From NCBI GenBank assembly GCA_964016885.1, contig OZ024766.1, positions 18,910,001 through 18,974,000 of the forward strand: a stretch of DNA of 64,000 bases. Direction: 5' to 3'. Below, piece by piece: positions 37,122 through 52,319 of the stretch. The notes under the pieces are model-generated. The model worked only from the letters and a program-made list of their open reading frames with translations, had not been told where the DNA came from and did not search any database. Position numbers and translations under genes: made by a program. Each line of letters opens with the position of its first letter. Position 1 is the first letter of the stretch. This DNA is from Eledone cirrhosa (taxonomy: Eukaryota).

Positions 37122-38255
37122 TATACACCCCAGAAATTGATCCAGATGTCACCTTGGATACATTAAGTAGGAAAACAATTAATTACTTACAACACTAAAT
37201 GTACTAATATACTAATTAGTACATACTAATATATACATATAATGTCAATATCAGTTAATACAGTAGTTAGATATGTGTGTGTATATATATATGTGTGTGT
37301 GTGTGTGTATATATGTGTGTGTATATATATATCTGTGTGTGTGTGTGTATATATGTGTGTGTATATATATATGTGTGTGTGTGTGTGTATATATATGTGT
37401 GTGTATATATATATCTGTGTGTGTGTATATATATATGTGTGTGTGTGTATATATATGTGTGTGTATATATATGTGTGTGTGTGTATATATGTGTGTATAT
37501 ATATATATGTGTGTGTGTATATATATATGTGTGTGTGTGTGTATATATATGTGTGTGTGTGTGTATATATGTCTGTGTGTGTGTATATATATGTGTGTGT
37601 ATATATATGTCTGTGTGTGTATATATATGTGTGTGTATATATATATATGTGTGTGTGTGTATATATATGTATGTGTGTGTGTATATATATGTATGTGTGT
37701 GTGTATATATATGTATATGTATATAAATGTGTATATGTATGTATATATGTATATATATATGTGTATATGTATGTATATATAAATGTGTATATATATGTAT
37801 ATATAAATGTATATATGTATATATTAATATGTATATGTATGTATATATGTATATATAAATGTGTATATGTATATATGTATATATAAATGTGTATATGTAT
37901 GAATATATGTATATATAAGTGTGTATATGTATGTATATATATATAAATGTGTAAATATATGTATATATAAATGTGGATATGTATATATATATATATATAT
38001 GTGTGTATATGTATCTATATATGTATATATACATGGGTATATGTATAAATGTGTATATGTATGTATATATGTATATATAAATGTGTATATGTATGTATAT
38101 ATGTATATATAAATGTGTATATGTATGTATATATGTATATATAAATGTGTATATGTATATATGTATATATAAATGTGTATATGTATGTATATATGTATAT
38201 ATAAATGTGTATATGTATGTATATATATATATATATAAATGTGTATATGTATGTG

Positions 38256-38428
38256 CAATGATAGGGACCCCAGTCCCTATCATCTCATTTCTACAGCTGA
38301 GTAAACTGGAGCAATGTGAAATAAAGTGTATTGCTCAAGGAAACAACACATCACCCGGTCTGAGAATTAAACTCACAACCTTTCGATTGCAAGGCCAATG
38401 CTCTAACCACTAAGCCATGGGCCTCCAT
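38256..38428 (-). mobile_element. Family A SINE head and CORE-like body
   Basis: Reverse complement of 24261-24430. Confidence 0.8.
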
Positions 38429-38439
38429 ATATATATATA

Positions 38440-38803
38440 TCATGACAAAAAAAACACACAGTCCACGCTGTAATGTGGCCGTGTAGGCAACACGGTAAAA
38501 ACCTCCCAGTCCACACTGTAAACGTGGTTGGTGTTAGGAAGGGCATCCAACTGTAGAAAACCCGCCAGACAGTCCTATGCGAGCAAGACAACCACTCTTG
38601 CCTCAAGTGGGAAAACCCCCGTCCAAACCCATGCAAGCGTGGAACATGGACGTTTAACGATGATGATGATGATGATGATATATATATCATCATCATCATC
38701 ACCGTTTTACGTCCGTCCTTCCACGCTAGCATGGGTTAGACGGATTGTCCTGTTGTGGGCAGTGGCTGACCATGCATTGCTCATACAGGAACTGATTTGG
38801 CTT
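38440..38803. mobile_element. Tail-to-tail family B (+) and family C (-) SINE 3' ends
   Basis: (gat)n tail, then (AT)n, then the (atc)n tail of an oppositely oriented copy. Confidence 0.7.
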
Positions 38804-38874
38804 ATATATATATATATGTTGATTTAAAACTGCACTATCCACAAGTGTTTTTTAGCCTTCATATCATGTCCTCC

Positions 38875-38945
38875 TGTTTTATCTGATGAAAACACAAATA
38901 TTATTGCATGATGATATTTGTTTTTGAAATGCGCATAATAAAATA
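38875..38945 (+). ncRNA. Type-I hammerhead ribozyme, family H5
   Basis: tgttttat-CTGATGA-aaacacaaatattattgcatgatgatatttgttttt-GAAA-tgcgca-TA^ataaaata. Stem III is palindromic (atgcgcat). Confidence 0.8.
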
Positions 38946-39104
38946 CATGGAACTCCTTTAACCATCTTCTGTTCTTATATATTATGTATACTCCAGTCCT
39001 ACAAACTGTAGAGTGCTTCTTATCCGATATCTGCATTGCTTTATTGTACTACAATAAAACTCACCTCCTACATATATATATATATATAGGATATATATAT
39101 AGAG

Positions 39105-39340
39105 AGGATAACAGATGGGTGAAGAAGTGCCAGGAAATGCCAGTTGAAGGAAGACGTGGTAGAGGAAGACCACGAAAAACATGGGCGGAGGTGGTGAGAA
39201 CAGACCTCAGATCATTGAAGCTCACGGTGGAGATGACGAGGGACCGTGACGAGTGGAGAGATGCTGTGCTGAATAAGACCCGTCCCACCCTTGCAAGCAG
39301 GGAAAAGCGGACGTAAAATGATGATGATGATGATGATGAT
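39105..39340 (+). mobile_element. RTE LINE extreme 3' end with stop codon and (GAT)n tail
   Basis: WVKKCQEMPVEGRRGRGRPRKTWAEVVRTDL...RDEWRDAVLNKTRPTLASREKRT* followed by (gat)n. Confidence 0.9.
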
Positions 39341-39591
39341 ATATATATATGGTATTTAACTGGATATAAACGGTGGACTGGGAATATAAAATGAAGATGT
39401 TTAGAGAATAAATAAGGTTAAACTAATAATTGAGGATTCTGTGTTGATATAAATGGAGAGAAGCTAAATGGAGAGAAGCTGATAAGGTCTAATTAGGTAG
39501 AAATGTTGATGTCACCTCCACCCCCTCATGTTGTCTAGGGGGGAAGTACCTGGGGTGTGGTATTGATACTATAAAGCTGTATTTCATATAA

Positions 39592-39635
<44 letters not shown>

Positions 39636-39637
39636 CA

Positions 39638-39685
<48 letters not shown>

Positions 39686-39690
39686 CAAAC

Positions 39691-39723
<33 letters not shown>

Positions 39724-39732
39724 CATACAAAC

Positions 39733-39767
<35 letters not shown>

Positions 39768-39875
39768 TACATACAAACATATATATATATGTATATATAT
39801 ATATACATACAAACATATATATATATATATGTATATATATATACATACAAACATATATAAATATATATATATGTA

Positions 39876-39915
<40 letters not shown>

Positions 39916-39920
39916 CAAAC

Positions 39921-39953
<33 letters not shown>

Positions 39954-40237
39954 TATACATACATATATATATATATACATAGAGAGTTTTATATATATAT
40001 ATATATATAGAGAGATTGATATAGATATATAGATATATACACATATATATATATATATTATATATATACATATATACACACACACACAGCATATATATAT
40101 TATATAATGTTATATAATTTTATCAATATACATTGATTACATAATATACACTCACTATATCCTTTATATTATTCTAGACTGATAAATAAGTGTGTGTATA
40201 TACATACATTATACAAACACATATATATATATATGTG

Positions 40238-40268
<31 letters not shown>

Positions 40269-40273
40269 GTTTG

Positions 40274-40318
<45 letters not shown>

Positions 40319-40542
40319 GTATGTATATATGTGTGTATATATATATATATGTGTGTATGTATGTATATATATATATACACCCAGCATCAGTTTATCATCT
40401 TATAGCTACACAAAAGGACTGCTGTGTTGACGTGGGATGTTTTGGGAAGTGGGGGGAGCATCATAAAACAACCAACCGTGTGTGTGTGTGTTTACATGTA
40501 TATATGTGTGTGTGTGTGTGTATATATATGTGTGTGGGTGTA

Positions 40543-40586
<44 letters not shown>

Positions 40587-41734
40587 TATGACTTTACATG
40601 TGTGTGTGTGTATATATGTGTGTGTACATTTATGTTTGTGTGTGTGTGTGTGTGTGTTTACATGTATGTGTGTATATATATGTGTGTGTGTGTGTGTATG
40701 TGTATGTCTTTACATGTATATGTGTGTGTGTGTGTGTGTTTACATGTATGTGTGTATATACATTGTGTGTGCTTACATGTATGTGTGTATATATATATGT
40801 GTGTGGGTGTGTGTGTGTATATATATATGTGTGTGGGTGTGTGTGTGTATATATATATGTGTGTGGGTGTGTGTGTATGTATATATGTGTGTGTGTGTAT
40901 ATGTGTGTGTGTGTATGTGTATGTGTCTACATGTATATGTGTGTATATATGTGTGTGTGTGTATGTCTTTACATGTATATATATGTGTGTGTGTATATAT
41001 ATATGTGTGTGTATATATATATATGTGTGTGTATGTGCAGTAGTAGTAGTAATAGTGGTGGAAGAAGTAGTATTGGTGGTGGTGGAGGTGGTGTAAGACA
41101 ATTGATGTAGTGTGGTGAAAATGGTATTACTCAGTGGCTTGGTGGTGGTGATGGTGGTAGTGTTGATGGTGGTATAGTGGGGGTGGTGGTGGTGGTGGTA
41201 GTGTTGATGGTGGTGGTAGTGTTGGTGGTGGTATAGTGGGGGTGGTGGTTGTTGTGGTGGTGTTGGTTGTGGTGGTAGAGTGATGGTAGTGGTAGCAGTA
41301 GTAGTAGTAGTGGTGGTGGTGGTGTTGGTAGTAGCAGTAGTAGTAGTAGCAGCAGTAGTAGTAGCAGTAGTAGTAGTAGCAGTAGTAGCAGCAGCAGTAG
41401 TAGCAGTAGCAGCAGTAGTAGTAGCAGCAGCAGCAGTAGTAGTAGTAGTAGCAGCAGTAGTAACAGTAGTAGTAGTAGTAGTAGCAGTAGTAGTGGCAAG
41501 ATATGACATCCCAGAGATGAGAGGGGTATATAATGGTTAGTAGAGGGTGTATACTTCTGGCAGATAGGAACTGTAGTATATATACACATATATATATATA
41601 TATACATGTGTGTATATATACATGTGTGTATATATATATATATATGCATGTGGGTGTATATATAAATGTGTATGTGTATATGTGTATGTGTATGTATATA
41701 TATATATATATATATAAATGTATGTGTCTGTGTG

Positions 41735-41766
<32 letters not shown>

Positions 41767-42349
41767 AATGTATGTGTCTGTGTGTATGTGTATATATATA
41801 TATATATATATGCATGTGGGTGTATATATAAATGTGTATGTGTATGTGTTTATATATATATATATATAAATGTATGTGTCTGTGTGTATGTGTGTATATA
41901 TATATATATGCATGTGGGTGTATATATAAATGTGCATGTGTATATGTGTATGTGTATATATATATATATATAGAAATGTATGTGTCTATGTGTATGTGTG
42001 TGTATATATAAATGTGTATATGTGTATGTGTATATATATATATAGAAATGTATGTGTCTATGTGTATGTGTATATATATATATATATGCATGTGGGTGTA
42101 TATATAAATGTGTATGTGTATATGTGTATGTGTATATATATATGTGTGTGAGTGTATATATATGTGTATATAACACAGAATCTAGGTTGAGGTCAGCTTC
42201 GCAATTAGTGTACTGAACCAGAGGTATATGTGTGTATATATATATATGTGTGTATATATATACATGTGTATATATGTATATGTGTGTATATATATGCATG
42301 TGGGTGTATATATAAAATGTATGTGTCTATGTGTATATATAAATGTGTA

Positions 42350-42400
<51 letters not shown>

Positions 42401-42670
42401 GTATATACATACATATACATGTATATATATATATATATATGCATATATACACACATACATATATATACACAGCTTGTCATTTTAAAAAATGGGAGGGCCA
42501 CATCTGGAAAGTCTATGTCAAGTTGTAGCGTTCACATGGGAGACATTTGGGTGGAGATGTCTTTACTAGTCTATATATGTGGGTGTATATATATATATGT
42601 GGGTATATATGTGAGTGTATATATATATATATATATATGAGTATATATATATATATATATATATATATGA

Positions 42671-42769
<99 letters not shown>

Positions 42770-43293
42770 TATATATATATATATATGAGTATATATATAT
42801 ATATATATGAGTATATATATATATATATGAGTATATATATATATATATATATATATATGAGTATATATATATATATATATATGAGTATATATATATATAT
42901 ATATGAGTATATATATATATATATATACGAGTATATATATATATATATACGAGTATATATATATATATATACGAGTATATATATATATATATATACGAGT
43001 ATATATATATATATATATACGAGTATATATATATATATATATACGAGTATATATATATATATATATATATATACCCACATATATATATATATGGGTATAT
43101 ATATATATATATGTGGGTATATATATATATATATGGGTATATATATATATATATGGGTATATATATATATGTATATATACCCATATATATATATATATAT
43201 ATATACCCATATATATATATGTGGGTATATATATATATATATATATATATACATACACCCACAACTATATATATATATATATTTGTATATAAC

Positions 43294-43324
<31 letters not shown>

Positions 43325-43496
43325 CCACATATATATTTATATGTGGGTATATATATATATATATATATGTGTGTGTGGGTGTATGTGTGTATATATATAT
43401 ATATATACCCATATATATACACCCACATATATATATATATATGTGGATATATACAATGATATTGAGTAAATGGAAACTATATTTAAAAACCACATT

Positions 43497-43559
43497 TATT
43501 CTGTTATATATATTTCAAGGACACCAAAAGACTTTGGTACGCTTTCTTCAGATAAAATA
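43497..43559 (-). ncRNA. Type-I hammerhead motif (H5-related), sense to the gene
   Basis: Minus strand: tattttat-CTGAAGA-aagcgtaccaaagtcttttggtgtcctt-GAAA-tatata-TA^acagaata. Confidence 0.7.
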
Positions 43560-43819
43560 CAAAATGTTTTATTTATGGTGTGGTGACAGCCCAGCAGTGT
43601 GGAGGCCCAGTGGTGTGGTGGCCCAGCAGTGTGGTGTAGTGCGGTGTGGTGGCCCAGTGGAGTGCTGTAGTGCGGTGTGGTGGCCCAGTGGTGTGGTGCG
43701 GTGTGGTGTAGTGCGCTGTGGTGTAGTGCGGTGTGGTGTAGTGCGGTGTGGTGTAGTGCGGTGTGGTGTAGTGCAGTGTGGTGTAGTGCGGTGTGGTGGC
43801 CCAGTGGTGAGGTACTTAC

Positions 43820-43914
43820 AGCGGTATGGTGTAACATCTAAAACTCTCCTTTCCACACAGGAGTCCAATCTTCAGAACTAACACTTGCTTCATGACAGAA
43901 CACTCAGGGAGACG
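43820..43914 (-). CDS. Candidate upstream (possibly first coding) exon of the IQSEC gene
   Basis: Unique island. ATG at 43893 gives [24 protein letters not shown]+CT, then a perfect donor GTAAGT (43819-43814). Its phase-2 end joins in frame to the big exon. The acceptor AG at 43916-43915 is weak, and no homology was recognised. Confidence 0.35.
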
Positions 43915-44243
43915 CTATATATATATACACACTATATATACACACACTATATACACACACATATATATATATATACACTATATATATACACACACACACA
44001 TATATTTATATATATACACTATGTATACACACATATATATATATATATACAGTATATACACAGACATATATATTATACATACATACTATATACACACACA
44101 TATATTATACATACATCTTTGGCTTATACATACATATAGTCAAACTTTTGTGTGTATATATGTATGTATGTATATATATATATATATTATACACACATCT
44201 ATGGCTTATACATACAGTCAGACTTTTCTTGTGTTTATATGTA

Positions 44244-44282
<39 letters not shown>

Positions 44283-44326
44283 CATACATGTATGGCTTAT
44301 ACAAACAGTCAGACTGTGTTTGTGTA

Positions 44327-44369
<43 letters not shown>

Positions 44370-45564
44370 CACACATCTATGGCTTATACATACGGTCAGA
44401 CTTTTGTGTGTGTGTATATATGTATGTATATATATATATATATATATTATACACTCATCTATGGTTTATATATACATACAGTAAGACATATATACACAAC
44501 TACAGTTTATACAAACAATCAGACACGTATGTTTGTGTATATATACACACATATATATATATAATATACATATATATATATATATATATATGTGTGTATA
44601 TATGTATGAATATATGTATGTATATATGTGTGTATATATGTGTATATATGTATGTATATATGTGATGTGTGTATATATGTATGTATATATGTGTGTATAT
44701 ATATGTATATATATATGTATGTATATATGTGTGTATATATATGTGTATATATGTGTGTATATATGTATATGTGTGTATATATATGTATATATGTATGTAT
44801 ATATATGTATATATGTATGTATATATATATTTATGTATATATGTGTGTATATATATATGTATATATGTATGTATATATGTGTGTATGTATGTATATATGT
44901 ATGTATATAGATGTATGTATATATATATGTATATATGTGTGTATATGAGTGTGTATATAAAAAAAAAATATATATATATATAATATATACCACAGTTACT
45001 ATAGCAAAGTCAAGGAGTACTCAGCCAGGGTGTATACCAGTCCAGGAGTGTAACATATCTACCTGAACAGGTGAAACAAACAAACAGACCCCCCCCCCCT
45101 CTCTCTCTCTAGATATCTATCTACCTGAACAGGTGAGACAAACAGACAGACAGACCCCTCACCTGCCTCCTCTCCACCCCCCTCTAAGTCTAAACCCCAC
45201 CCCCACCATCTCTCTCAACTTAATCGTACACAAAAACACACACACAAACATATCAGCATGTCTGTTTTCAAGAGACATATATATATATGTATATATACGC
45301 ACACAAACACACACATGTATACATATATATACACACATGTATATATACACACACACACATGTATATATACATATATATACACACATTTATATATACACAC
45401 ACACATGTATATATACATATATATACACACGTATATATACACACACACATACGTATATATACACACACACACACATATATACATATATACACACATGTAT
45501 ATATACACACACATACATATACATATATAAACATGCATACACACACACACATATATACATATAT

Positions 45565-45609
<45 letters not shown>

Positions 45610-45677
45610 AACACACATGTATACATATATATACACGTATATCTACACACACACACACACGCACACACACACACCAT

Positions 45678-46162
45678 TTCATCATCATCATTTTATGTCC
45701 CCTTTTCCCTGCTTGCAAGGGTGGGACGGGAACTAATTCTGGCTTGATTTCTACAGCTGGATGCCCTTCCTAACACCAACCTCATTTACAGTGAGTGCTG
45801 GGTGCTTCTTTGCTGTGGCACCTCCACGACCACTTTGCAGTGAGTGCTGGGTGCTTTTTTGCCGTGGCACCTCCACGACCACTTTACAGTGAGTGCTGGG
45901 TGCTTTTTTGCCGTGGCACCTCTATGACCACTTTACAGTGAGTGCTGGGTGCCTTTTTGCCGTGGCACCTCCACGACCACTTTACAGTGGAATGATAGGG
46001 ACCCCAGTCCCTATCATCTCATTTCTACAGCTGAGTAAACTGGAGCAATGTGAAATAAAGTGTCTTGCTCAAGGAAACAACACATCACCCGGTCTGAGAA
46101 TTGAACTCACAACCTTTCGATTGCAAGCCCAATGCTCTAACCACTAAGCCATGTGCCTCCAT
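45678..46162 (-). mobile_element. Full-length family A SINE with 4 internal 49-bp units
   Basis: Head, CORE-like body, array and tail on the minus strand. Confidence 0.85.
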
Positions 46163-46629
46163 TTGTATATATACACACATATATATATATATGCACACAA
46201 ACACACACACGTATATATACACATGTATATATATACACACAAACACACACATACATATATATATATATACACGCACACAAACACATGTATGCATATATAT
46301 ACACGCATGTATATATACACACATATATATATAGGCACACAAACACACATGTATACATATATACACACACACGTATATATACACACATATATATATAGGC
46401 ACACAAACACACATGTATACATATATATACACACATATATACACACATATATATAGGCACACAAACATACATGAATACATATATATACACACATATATAA
46501 ACACATAAACACACACATGTATATATATATACATACACACACACACACACATATATGTGTGTGTGTATTCAAGCAGGGAGAAGCGGATGTAAAATAATGA
46601 TGATGATGTGTGTGTGTGTGTGTGTGTCT

Positions 46630-46662
<33 letters not shown>

Positions 46663-46679
46663 AGCGTGAGCGTGTGTCT

Positions 46680-46742
<63 letters not shown>

Positions 46743-46897
46743 TACACAAAAGAGATAATACAGAGTTAGTTATGGAAGGGGCGGTGTACAATTTTAAAAG
46801 CCAGCAATAATAAGATGCACGTGTCTTAGTTTTGTTATAGTGCACACCTGGTCTGCAGTGACACCTGGTCCATAGCTGTCTATATATCAATCAATAT

Positions 46898-48502
46898 ATC
46901 ATCATCATCATCATCATCAGCATTTCATTTCACATCCGCGTTTTCCCTGCTTGCAAGGGTGGGACGGGACCTAATTCTGGCTTGATTTCTACAGCTGGAT
47001 GCCCTTCCTAACACCAACCTCATTTACAGTGAGTGCTGGGTGCTTTTTTGCTGTGGCACCTCCACGACCACTTTACAGTGAGTGCTGGGTGCTTTTTTGC
47101 CGTGGCACCTCCACGTCCACTTTACAGTGAGTGCTGGGTGCTTTTTTGCCGTGGCACCTCCACGGCCACTTTACAGTGAGTGCTGGGTGCTTTTTTACCG
47201 TGGCACCTCCACGACCACTTTACAGTGAGTGCTGGGTGCTTTTTTGCCGTGGCACCTCCACGACCACTTTACAGTGAGTGCTGGGTGCTTTTTTGCCGTG
47301 GCACCTCCACGACCACTTTACAGTGAGTGCTGGATGCTTTTTTGCCGTGGCACCTCCACGACCAGTTTACAGTGAGTGCTGGGTGCTTTTTTGCCGTGGC
47401 ACCTCCACGACCACTTTACAGTGAGTGCTGGGTGCTTTTTTGCCGTGGCACCTCCACGACCACTTTACAGTGAGTGCTGGGTGCTTTTTTGCCGTGGCAC
47501 CTCCACGACCACTTTACAGTGAGTGCTGGGTGCTTTTTTGCCGTGGCACCTCCACGACCACTTTACAGTGAGTGCTGGGTGCTTTTTTTGCCGTGGCACC
47601 TCCACGACCACTTTACAGTGAGTGCTGGGTGCTTTTTTGGCGTGGCACCCCCACGTCCACTTTACAGTGAGTGCTGGGTGCTTTTTTGCCCTGGCACCTC
47701 CACGACCACTTTACAGTGAGTGCTGGGTGCTTTGTTTTGCCGTGGCACCTCCACGACCATTTTACAGTGAGTGCTGGATGCTTTTTTTGCCGTGGCACCT
47801 CCACGACCACTTTACAGTGAGTGCTGGGTGCTTTTTTTGCCGTGGCACCTCCACGACCACTTTACAGTGAGTGCTGGGTGCTTTTTTACCGTGGCACCTC
47901 CACGACCACTTTACAGTGAGTGCTGGGTGCTTTTTTGCCGTGGCACCCCCACGACCACTTTACAGTGTGGGCTGGGTGCTTTTTTGCCGTGGCACCTCCA
48001 CGACCACTTTACAGTGAGTGCTGGGTGCTTTTTTGCCGTGGCACCTCCACGACCACTTTACAGTGAGTGCTGGGTGCTTTTTTGCCGTTGCACCTCCACG
48101 ACCACTTTACAGTGAGTGCTGGGTGCTTTTTTGCCATGGCACCTCCACGACCACTTTACAGTGAGTGCTGGGTGCTTTGTTTTGCCGTGGCACCTCCACG
48201 ACCACTTTACAGTGAGTGCTGGGTGCTTTTTTGCCGTGGCACCTCTACGACCACTTTACAGTGAGTGCTGGGTGCTTTTTTGCCGTGGCACCTCCACGAC
48301 CACTTTACAGTGTGTGCTGGGTGCTTTTTTGCCGTGGCACCTCCACGACCACTTTACAGTGTGTGCTGGGTGCTTTTTTGCCGTGGCACCTCCACGACCA
48401 CTTTACAGTGTGTGCTGGGTGCTTTTTTGCTGTGGCACCTCCACGACCACTTTACAGTGAGGGCTGGGTGCTTTTTTGCCGTGGCACCCCCACGACCACT
48501 TT
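46898..48502 (-). mobile_element. Family A SINE 3' part with ~30 copies of the 49-bp unit
   Basis: Tail at 46898-47025, then the array 47025-48502. Confidence 0.9.
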
Positions 48503-48744
48503 GTCAGTGTTGAACAAAAGGGCAACGATGGTTGCTAGACACTGTACGACTTAATTTGGGATGTTTGTTTATATATAATATATATATGGATGTGTGGTGT
48601 GTATGTCTACGTATATATATGTGTGTGTGTGTGTGTGTAAGAGTGTAATATATCTATATGTATATATTAATATATGTGTATGTGTGTATGTATATATATA
48701 TATATATATACACACACCTCTATACATATATATACACAGGTATG

Positions 48745-48794
<50 letters not shown>

Positions 48795-49092
48795 TACCTC
48801 TATACATATATATACACAGGTATGTATATATATATATATATACACATACCTCTATACATATATATACACAGGTATGTATATATATATATATATATATACA
48901 CAGGTACATGATACCCAAGATTAGTGTGGTGGTGAGGCGGGGCGGGGGAGCTTAGAGACCAACAGCTGTCTCCAGAACAATGGGCCTGTCCCTCCACCCA
49001 CACCCCACACCCACAGAAACCCTTACCCCCCACCAACCTCACCCACACACCTCACCCATATAAAAATGTAATGCATGAGATAAAGATTAGTC

Positions 49093-50280
49093 TTGTTGTG
49101 GTGGTGTGGTGGTGGTGGTGGTGTGTTGTTTGTATGGTGGTGGTGTGGTGGTGGTGGTGTGTTGTTTGTATGGTGGTGTGGTGGTGGTGGTGGTGTTGTT
49201 GATGTGTGGTGGTGGTGGTGGTGGTGGTGTGTTGTTTGTATGGTGGTGGTGTGGTGTGGTGGTGGTGTTGTGGTGGTGGTGCTGGTGGTGATGTTGGGAT
49301 GGTGTTGTGGTGGTGTTGGGATGGTGGTGTTGATGGTGTTGGTGGTGGTGGTGTTGTTGGTGGTGTTGGTGGTGGTGTTGGTGGTGGTGTTGTTGGTGGT
49401 GGTGATGTTGTTGGTGGTGTTGTTGGTGGTGTTGTTGGTGGTGGTGTTGGTGGTGGTGTTGTTGGTGGTGTTGTTGGTGGTGGTGTTGTTGGTGGTGGTG
49501 TTGTTGGTGGTGGTGTTGTTGGTGGTGGTGTTGTTGGTGTGTGGTGTTGGTGTGTGGTGTTGATGTGTGGTGGTGGTGGTGATGGTGTTGTGGTGGTGAT
49601 GGTGTTGTGGTGGTGATGGTGTTGTGGTGGTGGTGGTGTTGTGGTGGTGGTGTTGGTGTGGTGGTGGTGGTGGTGGTGCGGTGATGGTGGTGGTGGTGTG
49701 GTGATGGTGGTGGTGGTGTGGTGGTGGTGGTGTTGTAGTTGGTGGTGGTGGTGGTGGTGGTGTTGGTGTGTTGTTTGTTTGGTGGTGGTGTTGGTGTGTG
49801 GTGGTGTGTGGTGGTGTGTTGGTGTGTGGTGTTGTGTTGGTGTGTGGTGGTGTGTTGGTGTGTTCGTGTGTGGTGATGGTGGTGTGTTGGTGGTGGTGAT
49901 GTTGGGATGGTGTTGTGGTGGTGGTGTTGTGGTGGTGGTGTTGTTGTGGTGGTGCTGTTGTGGTGGTGCGTTGGTGGTGGTGGTGGTGTTTGTATGGTGG
50001 TGGAGTGTTTTTGTGGTAGTAGTGGTAGTGGTGGTGGTGATGCTGTTGGTAGTAGTGGTAGTGGTGGTGGTATGTTGGTGTGGTTATGGTAGTGGTGATG
50101 TATTGTTTGTGTGGTGGTGGTGGTGTGGTGGTGGTAGTGGTGATGTATTGTTTGTGTGGTGGTGGTGGTGTGGTGGTGCTAGTGGTGATGTATTGTTTGT
50201 GTGGTGGTGGTGGTGTGGTGGTGGTAGTGGTGATGTATTGTTTGTGTGGTGGTGGTGGTGTGGTGTGGTGTGGTGTGGAT
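49093..50280. repeat. (GGT/GTT)n low-complexity tract
   Basis: Directly visible. Confidence 0.95.
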
Positions 50281-50610
50281 GATATAGTAATAATATCTAC
50301 GTGACAAACCCATACAGATCATTCTTAAGACACACAGCTGTTGCCAGCTCAGTGTATTGCTGTGTAATTCTCAGGGAGATTCAGCATAATGGTGTGTGAC
50401 AACTGTTTTACCTGGCCACAAAGAAGGGGTAGGTGTGTCTGTCTTCTCGTCCACCACACAACCACCACAGCCACCATGGCCACCACACAGAGGAAAACAA
50501 CCAGCCCTTCCTGACCAGACTACTGCACAAAACCCACCTTTACCATAGCCACCACACACAGGAAAACCTCCATTCCTCCCTGGCTAGTCCATCACACAGA
50601 CCCCTTCAAA

Positions 50611-51827
50611 GCTCTGATACTACAGACATGTGGTTAGAATGTCTCAGGAAAGAATCACTGGAGAGTCACTCCAGGTAGAGCTGCTACTTCTCTGAATTGA
50701 GAGATCACAGCTCTGATACTATGGACATGTGGTTAGAATGTCTCAGGAAAGAATCACTGGAGAGTCACTCCAGGTAGAGCTGCTACTTCTCTGAATTGAG
50801 AGATCACAGCTCTGATACTATGGACATGTGGTTAGAATGTCTCAGGTAAGAATCACTGGAGAGTCACTCCAGGTAGAGCTGCTACTTCTCTGAATTGAGA
50901 GATCACAGCTCTGATACTGTGGACATGTGGTTAGAATGTCTCAGGAAAGAATCACTGGAGAGTCACTCCAGGTAGAGCTGCTACTTCTCTGAATTGAGAG
51001 ACTACAGCTCTGATACTATGGACATGTGGTTAGAATGTCTCAGGAAAGAATCACTGGAGAGTCACTCCAGGTAGAGCTGCTACTTCTCTGAATTGAGAGA
51101 TCACAGCTCTGATACTATGGACATGTGGTTAGAATGTCTCAGGAAAGAATCACTGGAGAGTCACTCCAGGTAGAGCTGCTACTTCTCTGAATTGAGAGAC
51201 TACAGCTCTGATACTATGGACATGTGGTTAGAATGTCTCAGGAAAGAATCACTAGAGAGTCACTCCAGGTAGAGCTGTTACTACTCTGAATTGAGAGATC
51301 ACAGCTCTGATACTATGGACATGTGGTTAGAATGTCTCAGGAAAGAATCTCTGGAGAGTCACTCCAGGTAGAGCTGCTACTTCTCTGAATTGAGGGATCA
51401 CAGCTCTGATACTATGGACATGTGGTTAGAATGTCTCAGGAAAGAATCTCTGGAGAGTCACTCCAGGTAGAGCTGCTACTTCTCTGAATTGAGGGATCAC
51501 AGCTCTGATACTATGGACATGTGGTTAGAATGTCTCAGGAAAGAATCTCTGAATTGAGAGATCACAGCTCTGATACTAGAGACATGTGGTTAGAATGTCT
51601 CAGGAAAGAATCACTGGATTGAGAGATCACAGCTCTGATACTACAGGTATGTGGTTAGAATGTCTCAGGAAAGAATCTCTGGATTGAGAGATCACAGCTC
51701 TGATACTACAGGCATGTGGTTAGAATGTCTCAGGAAAGAATCTCTGGATTGAGAGATCACAGCTCTGATACTACAGACATGTGGTTAGAATGTCTCAGGA
51801 AAGAATCACTGGACAGATTTTACAGGT
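50611..51827 (+). repeat. 99-bp then 65-bp minisatellite derived from a different RTE (Expander-like) ORF segment
   Basis: Period 99 (50611, 50710, 50809...), then 65 (51567, 51632, 51697, 51762). Reads ESLQVELLLL*IERSQL*YYGHVVRMSQERITGQILQ. Confidence 0.85.
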
Positions 51828-52319
51828 AAATCATAGTAGTTAATTAAACTATAACAGTTAATTAGATAGCAGTTAGTTAATTAGATAGCGGTTAGTTAAT
51901 TAGATAGTAGCAACTAAGTATTCAATAATTTGATCTGATAAAGTCTCATGTGCCAGGACTGGGGGGTGCTGGTTGGAATTTCAAAGATCTCAAGGAATGC
52001 GACGATAGAGAAAGTTTAAGAATCTCTGCTCTAGACCTTCCCTCGTTAGTTTGGACAAGTACAAGATCCAGGATGTGACGAGCAGGAAAGAGAGAGAGAT
52101 GGTTAGTGCCGCGTCATATACTGTCGTGAGAGGACAGAAACATCCTCGTTCAAACCTTTCAATCCTTTTAGTTCAGCAGATCCAGGATGTGAATGGAGAG
52201 AGACTTAGAGAGAGAGGTGACTGCACAAGGAACTTTGCGTTGTGTCAAGGACATGACAAACTTCCTGTCAGTAATCTACATGATGCACTCAGGACACTCG
52301 TAAAATATATGCACTCAGG

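Noticed and set aside
50371-50610. Unique island with a possible minus-strand donor at ~50411
   Set aside because: No recognisable coding signal or convincing acceptor; it cannot be supported from sequence alone.
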